22,019 nt of DNA. Source: Methanobacteriota archaeon. GTDB taxonomy: Archaea; Thermoplasmatota; Poseidoniia; Poseidoniales; Poseidoniaceae. The stretch is from the NCBI GenBank assembly GCA_018650165.1, contig JABIGM010000034.1, positions 1 through 22,019 on the forward strand, written 5' to 3'. The position numbers were made by a program, and so were the translations under genes. Position 1 is the first letter of the stretch; the number at the start of each line of letters is the position of its first letter. Below, piece by piece: positions 1 through 6,823 of this stretch. Below the pieces are notes generated by a model. That model made no database searches, was not told the DNA's origin, and worked only from the letters and a program-made list of their open reading frames with translations.

Positions 1-1458
1 CGCAATTCAACCCACGGTAAGAAAAAGGCAGACGCGGACAGCATCAAGTGGATGCGCGATGAACTCAACCTTTCTTTTACCGATGAGCAATTAGAAGAAG
101 ACCCATTTATTGAACCACAAAATGTTCCCGAAGTAGTTGCATATCTAAAACAAAGGAGAGAAGCCATGGGTGGCTTTTGTCCAGAACGCCGCTCGCCACC
201 AACACAACTAGTGCCCCCGGGGCCAGAGGGGTACGCCACCTTCGATGAAGGAACCAAAGGCGAGATGCAGGTATCCACAACCATGGCGTTTGTTCGTTTG
301 TTGAGTAGTTTAATGAAAGACAAATCCATCGGGAACAGGGTCGTTCCAATAGTGCCAGACGAGGCGCGCACCTTCGGAATGGACCCGCTTTTCGCACAAT
401 TCGGAATCTATCACCCAGAAGGCCAACTGTATACTCCAGTCGACCATAAAATGCTGATGAAATACAAAGAAAGCGAGTCCGGCCAACTTTTCGAAGAAGG
501 TATCTCGGAAGCAGGAGCAATGTCAACATTCATTGCTAGCGCAACTTCATATTCGACACAAGGCACTGCAACAATTCCGTTTTACATATTTTACAGCATG
601 TTCGGATTCCAAAGAGTTGCAGATTTGATTTGGTCTGCTGCAGACCAACGAGCCCGCGGATTTATGATTGGAGCAACCAGTGGCCGAACCACTCTCAACG
701 GAGAAGGCCTACAACACCAAGACGGACATAGCCTGTTGATGGCACACACAAATCCAGCAGTTAGAGCATATGATCCAGCGTTTGCCTATGAATTAGCAAC
801 AATTATTCGTTCGGGAATAGAAGAAATGTATGTCCAAGAAAAAGATGTAATGTATTACATCGCAGTATACAATGAAAATCATCCAATGCCGCCAAAACCA
901 GCAGGGTCTGATGAAGGGATTGCTAAAGGAATTTACAAACTTCGCAGTGTTCCAAAAGGAGACGGCCCGGTTGTTCGTATGATTGGCTCAGGGCCAATCA
1001 TGCTCCAATTACTAGCTGCAGTCGAAGTACTCGAAACCTATGGCGTTCGATCTGAGATATGGTCCGCAACCTCTTATGGCGAACTTCGTCGCGAAGGTCT
1101 AGATTGTGAGCGCGATAATCGTCTAAACCCAGACAGTGCAAGACACATTCCATTTGTCGAACAAATGCTTGGTGATGGCACCCGCCCAACGATTGCCGTA
1201 AGCGATAACCAAATCGCAGTCCCAGACATGATTAGACAATGGGTCGGTGGCGATTATACTGTTCTTGGAACCGACGGATTTGGGCGTTCTGATACCAGAA
1301 CCTCACTTCGACGCTTCTTTGAAATCGATGCCCAACACATCACATTAGCAGCACTTTCCTCCCTAGTCCGTTCGAAAGAAATCGATGTTGATGTTTACGA
1401 CAAAGCCATGAAAGAACTCGGCGTTAGTAAAGAAAGAAAAGATATCACGTCGTTGTGA
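1..1458 (+). CDS. aceE: Pyruvate dehydrogenase E1 component, homodimeric bacterial (AceE) type; 5'-truncated at the window edge
   Basis: Frame 1 is open from base 1 (RNSTHGKKKADADSIKWMRD...). It carries AceE motifs STTMAFVRLL, VVPIVPDEARTFGMD, EEGISEAGA, FYIFYSMFGFQRVAD, GRTTLNGEGLQHQDGHS, YDPAFAYE and LGTDGFGRSDTR. Confidence 0.95.
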   Translation, partial: RNSTHGKKKADADSIKWMRDELNLSFTDEQLEEDPFIEPQNVPEVVAYLKQRREAMGGFCPERRSPPTQLVPPGPEGYATFDEGTKGEMQVSTTMAFVRLLSSLMKDKSIGNRVVPIVPDEARTFGMDPLFAQFGIYHPEGQLYTPVDHKMLMKYKESESGQLFEEGISEAGAMSTFIASATSYSTQGTATIPFYIFYSMFGFQRVADLIWSAADQRARGFMIGATSGRTTLNGEGLQHQDGHSLLMAHTNPAVRAYDPAFAYELATIIRSGIEEMYVQEKDVMYYIAVYNENHPMPPKPAGSDEGIAKGIYKLRSVPKGDGPVVRMIGSGPIMLQLLAAVEVLETYGVRSEIWSATSYGELRREGLDCERDNRLNPDSARHIPFVEQMLGDGTRPTIAVSDNQIAVPDMIRQWVGGDYTVLGTDGFGRSDTRTSLRRFFEIDAQHITLAALSSLVRSKEIDVDVYDKAMKELGVSKERKDITSL

Positions 1459-2127
1459 TTATTCAATAAAAACCGCAACTTCATCGAGCGATTTCCGAGA
1501 AATATCAGGAACCATCGCATCTTCCGCAGGATACCCGACAGGCATCACTAACATCGCATGTTCATGTTCTGGACGTTGCAAAATATCTCGTAGGAACCCC
1601 ATTGGCGAAGGGGTATGTGTAAGCGTAACCAAGCCCATATTGTGTATTGCATGAATGAACATTCCAGCAGCAATACCACAGGATTCTGTCGAATAATAAG
1701 TCGGGCCAAATTCGCCACTAGAACGAATGCGTTTGGTTTGTCGAAATAGAACGACCAACCACGGAGCATCGGTCATGTGGTCTTTTATTGCATCAGTCCC
1801 TAATGGCTCCAACACCTCTCGCCAAGCCACCGGCATCCTATTGGAGTAGGTTTTTCCCTCTTCAATTTCAGCAGCATCTCGCATTTTCTGTTTAATTTCA
1901 TCATTTTTTACTGCAACAAACGTCCATGGCTGCAAATGAGCGCCACTAGGGGCAGTCGAGCCTGTAAGAATCGCCTGCTCAATGAGTTTTCTAGGAACGT
2001 CCTTTGTTGAAAAGTGACGAGTAGTTCGACGAGAATCCATTTTTTTGTATAGAGAAAAAGCATTCCTTTCCATCTCTTGAATCGATAACTCACTCCAATC
2101 TAAAGGAATGAAACCCTCACTACTCAA
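1459..2127 (-). CDS. Nitroreductase-fold FMN flavoprotein, iodotyrosine deiodinase (IYD)-like
   Basis: Motifs RRTTRHFS, TAPSGAHLQPWTFV, EEGKTYSNRM, LGTDAIK, LTHTPSPMGFL and PVGYP...VPDISRK. The TTG start overlaps the upstream stop codon (TTGA, 2124-2127). Confidence 0.85.
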   Translation of the reverse strand: MSSEGFIPLDWSELSIQEMERNAFSLYKKMDSRRTTRHFSTKDVPRKLIEQAILTGSTAPSGAHLQPWTFVAVKNDEIKQKMRDAAEIEEGKTYSNRMPVAWREVLEPLGTDAIKDHMTDAPWLVVLFRQTKRIRSSGEFGPTYYSTESCGIAAGMFIHAIHNMGLVTLTHTPSPMGFLRDILQRPEHEHAMLVMPVGYPAEDAMVPDISRKSLDEVAVFIE

Positions 2128-4472
2128 GCCGACACCTCAGGCATCCGCCCTCGCAACCGAAGCCAGGTTTCAGCACCGAATGTAAGAGCGTAAAGGGATG
2201 CTAGCCAAAGAGTTGGTCTTGCCCAGTATCCCACAGGGCTGTCGATTAACAAAACACACAACCAAGCCAATGTTACTAAATCTAAACACCACCTCATGCC
2301 TGCTATAATTTGTCTGGAATTAGATTGCATTTCTGTAAGTTGAGTATCTGTGAGAACCGCAGTCAAACCTTTGAGTTTAGAAAGCGCATTTCCTCCATTC
2401 CATCGAATCCGTCCAAGTTTGAAACGATTCCACCCCTCGATTACTAGGAACAAAGTGACCCACACCACTACTACCTCAAGCAGAGGCTCGGCACCATACA
2501 AATCCAATCCATTGAACGACCAATATAGCAGCCCCCATAACCACACAACGATCAACAATTGTGTGGTTTTTGCAAAACGACTCAACTTTCGAAGTAACTC
2601 AGCATCGTGCGATAACAACATCTCCAAAGAAATTACTAATCCCACACTGAAAGTCAAAACAAAACTTCCCGCTAACCACCACCATTCAAGGGACGTATCT
2701 CGCCATGCTAGGAGAAGAGCAACCAGCGTCCAAGCCATAACCAAGGACGTTGTTGCGTTTACCGCTGCCTGCATGACATATAGTGGGTCGCGCCCATCCT
2801 TGAGTACAGAAAGCCCACCCATTAATCGAACTTCAAATGCCGAATCATCGACAATACCCTGAGCAGCAGCAGTCATACCACCTACCGATTTTAATCTTGC
2901 AGATTCTACTATGCCGGCATTATCGCCAACGTCACTACCTCCATTCCATTTGGAACCGCGAGCAGCAGCAGCAGCGGCACCTCTGCCGCGACTTCGTCCT
3001 TTACCAGCACTTCTAGCTTTAGCCCACGCCCTTATTTCGGGAGTAGTCGCTTCTTCGACTTGATCTTCATTCAACGGCGCTCCATGGTCTGTGTATAACC
3101 AGCGACATTGGATTGGAACAGGAGCGGGGTCTACGTCGGGTGCAACCATTTGGAATTGGCCAGCGTCAAGAGTAGGTAGTTGCTTGACTAGGTCTTGGTC
3201 GCCACCGCTTTCTTTCAGAAGATGCCGAACTTTATCGATATCTTGAGGTTGAGTAAATCTGCCGATAAAGGTCGTATTGGCCTGAGCGAGAATTTTGTAA
3301 TCCACATCGCTAACATTTTGCGTCGCTAGCACACATGCTACTCCGTATTTTCTTGCCTGTTTGAAAATTAGTTTAATCAAATCCTTAGCAGGGGGGTTTC
3401 TTGGATGAGGCGGCAAATACGGCGCTACTTCATCCATGAAGAATAGTAATTTCAACTCACCTTCAGCAGGTTGCTGGGTTAACATCCAGTCATACAATTC
3501 ACGCGCTAACTCCTGTACGAAATATTGTTTCTGAGCCTCATCCTGAATCGTGTTTAGATATACAATATTCAAGGGGACTTTACCTGGCATCGCAGGCTCA
3601 CAAAAAGCATCGATATCAATAGGAACTCCGTTTGAGAATAATAGCTGATTTACTCCGCTACTGAATGCCGACAGACGACGAGCCAAATCATTCCTAGTCG
3701 ATTTAGGCAACATTTCATCATAGTCGCGAAGGCCATGCTCGGACATAATCTCCTCCCAAGTAGGAACCTCCGGCTTTTCGTCGTCTTCAACGTCGATAAA
3801 GGCTTGAGGATACAAAGCACGGGTGAAATTGTCTTGGGGCTCTCGTACTACTTTGGCTAATCCTTGGAAATCACCAACGTCTAATCCGAGCCGCGTTCCA
3901 TTAACCAGAATTTCATAGAGGAATGGTTTTACAACCTTACCTTGGGTTTTTTCAACATCAAATCCCGCTAGGTTACTAAATCCAGCAGCCACCATATCCC
4001 AGGCAGTAATTGCTTCTTCAGCATCCAAGTCTGCGGGAGGGGAACGGAATGGATCGATACACAAAGGCAAACCCTTGGACCTCAAAGGAGTCCAAATACG
4101 AACCTCCATGGTGGAAATTAGTTTTTTCATCCGGTCGACTTCTCCGCCCTGTTCAACCAAATCGCCCTCATTTATTGCAAGAGCTAGCCGAGCCAAATCG
4201 CCCTGGGGGTCGAGAATTAATGCAGGAATACCTGCTAATGCGGCCTCTTCAATCACCGTCTTAGCCATCACGGTTTTTCCAGAACCAGTAGACCCCAGCA
4301 TTGCAGCATGCCGCGCCAAAACCATCTTGTCAATTTGTACGATTTCACCAGTGTCTCTGCGCTCGCCAAGTAGCATTCCCCTTGCCTTTATTTTCTTCTT
4401 CTTTTTTGGAACAGGGGCCTCAAGTATTTCGTCGACGAGGTCTTTCAATTCATGACCTCCCTCCCCCGACAT
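2124..4472 (-). CDS. HerA/FtsK-superfamily (DUF87/DUF853-like) P-loop ATPase with a C-terminal multi-pass membrane domain
   Basis: RHAAMLGSTGSGKT (Walker A), ILDPQGD, LFFMDEV (Walker B), KQARKYGVACVLATQ (Arg finger/sensor) and about 6 hydrophobic segments in the last ~220 aa. Start placed at ATG 4472 (MSGEGG...) rather than 4535, because 4473-4563 holds the divergent promoter pair. Confidence 0.85.
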   Translation of the reverse strand: MSGEGGHELKDLVDEILEAPVPKKKKKIKARGMLLGERRDTGEIVQIDKMVLARHAAMLGSTGSGKTVMAKTVIEEAALAGIPALILDPQGDLARLALAINEGDLVEQGGEVDRMKKLISTMEVRIWTPLRSKGLPLCIDPFRSPPADLDAEEAITAWDMVAAGFSNLAGFDVEKTQGKVVKPFLYEILVNGTRLGLDVGDFQGLAKVVREPQDNFTRALYPQAFIDVEDDEKPEVPTWEEIMSEHGLRDYDEMLPKSTRNDLARRLSAFSSGVNQLLFSNGVPIDIDAFCEPAMPGKVPLNIVYLNTIQDEAQKQYFVQELARELYDWMLTQQPAEGELKLLFFMDEVAPYLPPHPRNPPAKDLIKLIFKQARKYGVACVLATQNVSDVDYKILAQANTTFIGRFTQPQDIDKVRHLLKESGGDQDLVKQLPTLDAGQFQMVAPDVDPAPVPIQCRWLYTDHGAPLNEDQVEEATTPEIRAWAKARSAGKGRSRGRGAAAAAARGSKWNGGSDVGDNAGIVESARLKSVGGMTAAAQGIVDDSAFEVRLMGGLSVLKDGRDPLYVMQAAVNATTSLVMAWTLVALLLAWRDTSLEWWWLAGSFVLTFSVGLVISLEMLLSHDAELLRKLSRFAKTTQLLIVVWLWGLLYWSFNGLDLYGAEPLLEVVVVWVTLFLVIEGWNRFKLGRIRWNGGNALSKLKGLTAVLTDTQLTEMQSNSRQIIAGMRWCLDLVTLAWLCVLLIDSPVGYWARPTLWLASLYALTFGAETWLRLRGRMPEVSA

Positions 4473-4496
4473 GAACCAGCCAACAGCGCCTACCCT

Positions 4497-4558
4497 CTTG
4501 AGGATGACGACGCCCACGCAGTGGGCGGGACACACTCAAGGAGGCGAACCCCTTCGCC
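4497..4558. promoter_or_regulatory. Back-to-back divergent promoter pair with palindromes
   Basis: CTTGAG (4497-4502) and CTCAAG (4535-4540) are inverted copies lying 24 and 23 nt before the flanking ATGs. Palindromes: CGCCCA-N5-TGGGCG (4511-4527) and GGCGAA-N4-TTCGCC (4543-4558). Confidence 0.6.
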
Positions 4559-4563
4559 GACAC

Positions 4564-5616
4564 ATGAAACGCATTCCTTTGGCCAAGCCATATTGGGATG
4601 ATGAATGTGAACAAGCCGCAGTGGCCGCATTAACAAGCGGACGATGGGTCAAAGGACCAGAAGCCAAAGCGTTTGGCGAAGAGTTTGCAAATTGGTGCGG
4701 TGCGATAGCAGCAGTTCCATGTCAAAGCGGCTCAGCAGCATTGTGGGCAGCACTGCGATTATTGGATATTGGACCGGGAGACGAAGTCATAGTCCCTGGT
4801 ATGACTTTCATTGCTACCGCCACATCGGTTAGTTTAGTGGGGGCAACTCCCGTTTTTGCCGACATCGAGTCTGATTACTGGTGCATTTGTCCCGATGATG
4901 TGGAAGCGAAAATCACTTCAAAAACCAAAGCCGTAATCGGCGTCCATCTATTTGGCCAACCCTTTTCTCCCCGATTAAGAGAAATTTGTGATAACCACGA
5001 GATTGCACTAATCGAGGACGCAGCCCAAGCCCATGGGGCGATCTTAGAAGGGAAGATGGCAGGTGCGATTGGCGACATAGCCTGCTTCTCCTTTTTCCCA
5101 TCAAAAAATATGGCAGTTGGCGGTGAGGGCGGGATGATTACTACAACCCGCCCAGAGTATTCTGAAAAGTTGAAGCGTTTAGTCGACCATGGAAGGAATG
5201 ACACCCTAGAGTCGATTGAATTAGGGACTAATTTGCGAATGAGTGAAGTAAATGCAGCCATTGGAAGAGTGCAATTGAAACATATCGATGAATGGACAAA
5301 TAAGCGTAGAGAAAATTCCAGATTACTTCGACATGATACGAAAACACGGCCAAATTGCGAACACGCATGGCACCAATTATGTGTTTTTGTAAACGATCCA
5401 AACGAAACAATTTCTAACTTCAACAAAGCAGGAATTGATTCTAGAGTACACTACCCCCTTCCTTGCAATAGGCACCAAGTTTATTCAGAACATTTCCAAC
5501 ATCAAACAACTCTGCCTAATTGCGAAGAAATCAGTCATAAATTAGTTGCAATACCGATTCATCCTTCTCTGGATGGAAATGAAATAGAACGTATTAGGAC
5601 TGTATTACATCCCTGA
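4564..5616 (+). CDS. DegT/DnrJ/EryC1/StrS family PLP-dependent (nucleotide-sugar) aminotransferase
   Basis: IPLAKPYW, SGSAALWAAL, GPGDEVIVPGMTFIAT, GATPVFADI, IEDAAQAHGA, FSFFPSKNM (PLP lysine), GGEGGM and GTNLRMSE. Start ATG 4564 preferred over the track's 4471. Confidence 0.92.
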   Translation: MKRIPLAKPYWDDECEQAAVAALTSGRWVKGPEAKAFGEEFANWCGAIAAVPCQSGSAALWAALRLLDIGPGDEVIVPGMTFIATATSVSLVGATPVFADIESDYWCICPDDVEAKITSKTKAVIGVHLFGQPFSPRLREICDNHEIALIEDAAQAHGAILEGKMAGAIGDIACFSFFPSKNMAVGGEGGMITTTRPEYSEKLKRLVDHGRNDTLESIELGTNLRMSEVNAAIGRVQLKHIDEWTNKRRENSRLLRHDTKTRPNCEHAWHQLCVFVNDPNETISNFNKAGIDSRVHYPLPCNRHQVYSEHFQHQTTLPNCEEISHKLVAIPIHPSLDGNEIERIRTVLHP

Positions 5617-6133
5617 CCATTGTCGAAAGAGAAGAGTTAGACCACCCGCGAAGATTAGTCAACTCAAGATTAGTCCATTCGGGGATTTCCACAGGTTGAT
5701 TTTCATGCTCAAGCTCAACTTCAGCAATCACTAATCCTGCAAGTTCTCCTTCAAACTCGTCAATTTCCCACAACAAACCATCCTTTCCAGGCCACAGATA
5801 TCGAGTTTTAGTAATGGATGGTAGATTGTCTAGGGGCAAGGATTCATACAATTCAGTTGGTAAACCCCATTCAAACTCTGTAGCGGTTGCACCTTTTCGA
5901 AAACCCTTGGCCGTTAACACAATGTTACCGTCTGATTTTCTTATTCGCCAGGCGGAAATATTAGTTAATTCCAATTGCTCTTCAATCAATTCGAACCCAT
6001 TCCAAACAATCTTGTCATCGATATGTGAAACGCCAGAAATGTAGCATTGAAAGATGGAAATAGAATCAGCACTTCTCCAAACTTTCTCAGAGCGAGCATC
6101 AACTAGAAATCGTCTTTCGATTTCAATGCCCAT
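5594..6133 (-). CDS. CYTH (triphosphate tunnel metalloenzyme) domain protein
   Basis: N-terminal EIERRFLV (ExExK-like), WRIRK, LTAKG, EFEW, KTRY and WEIDEFEG...LVIAEVEL. The ATG overlaps the upstream stop (TGATG). Confidence 0.88.
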   Translation of the reverse strand: MGIEIERRFLVDARSEKVWRSADSISIFQCYISGVSHIDDKIVWNGFELIEEQLELTNISAWRIRKSDGNIVLTAKGFRKGATATEFEWGLPTELYESLPLDNLPSITKTRYLWPGKDGLLWEIDEFEGELAGLVIAEVELEHENQPVEIPEWTNLELTNLRGWSNSSLSTMVRDVIQS

Positions 6134-6726
6134 CAATTATCATCCTCGATTTTCTGAGATCTAGCCTTTGACATGATCTCTTCATCAAGGAACCAGAAGT
6201 TGGGTGTTTCTGAAACGTGTTTGTCCCAGTGCTGCACTGTTCGTGCCCACATTTCGTTGTTTGCATTAGCGCGGCAATATTTGAGAATCCAATCCATTTG
6301 TTCTTGCATTTCAGGGTCATCTTCTGAATTGCGCTTCAAATTCTCGGCCGTCAAAGCCATATTCATCATAAACATAGGAGACACAGCATAAGTCCAGAAC
6401 GGATTTCTTTCGAAATCTACACTTCTTTGAGCCGTCCAAAGAGAAAACACACGGTCATACAAATAGCCAATACAGAGTACAATTAAGACTAAGGAAAAGA
6501 AGATACTAAGTAAACCGAGATAGGTTGACGGAATCCCTAGAAGCGAATTGCTAAAACACAAACCGGAGTCACAACTCTTAGAAAATCTCCAACTTACATA
6601 CGGCCATAGTAGGAGAGTAAGCGAAGACCCCAACAAACCCATCGAAATTATCGATTGGGATTGTTGCATGCGCCAATATTGGCGCATCACCCATTTTTTC
6701 ACAGGGCTGATATCTGTACTCGTCAT
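6133..6726 (-). CDS. Hypothetical membrane protein with two predicted TM helices
   Basis: Long ORF with hydrophobic segments IISMGLLGSSLTLLLWPYV and YLGLLSIFFSLVLIVLCIGYLY. A GGGGAGG SD-like motif (6732-6738, minus strand) favours a start at 6726/6729; 6750 is also possible. Confidence 0.75.
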   Translation of the reverse strand: MTSTDISPVKKWVMRQYWRMQQSQSIISMGLLGSSLTLLLWPYVSWRFSKSCDSGLCFSNSLLGIPSTYLGLLSIFFSLVLIVLCIGYLYDRVFSLWTAQRSVDFERNPFWTYAVSPMFMMNMALTAENLKRNSEDDPEMQEQMDWILKYCRANANNEMWARTVQHWDKHVSETPNFWFLDEEIMSKARSQKIEDDN

Positions 6727-6823
6727 CATAGCCTCCCCGGCAGTGCTCATTGATATTCTAATGGGTATAATTGTCCAATAGTCGCACCAATGTTACATTA
6801 TATGTGTAAACCCACCAGATAAT

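Noticed and set aside
2961-2979. (GCA)n trinucleotide runs here and near 7730-7745, 20081-20092 and 21635-21660
   Set aside because: They encode in-frame poly-Ala linkers. There is no sign of phase variation or array structure.
4471-4563. N-terminal extensions given by the ORF track for the HerA-like (4535) and DegT (4471) genes
   Set aside because: They overlap each other head-to-head and cover the divergent promoter boxes. Family-like sequence starts at 4472 and 4564.
2124-6750. HerA plus CYTH plus 2-TM as one anti-phage defence island
   Set aside because: The genes are in separate transcription units interleaved with housekeeping genes. No nuclease, Sir2, NurA or mobility gene is present, and I see no obvious compositional break.
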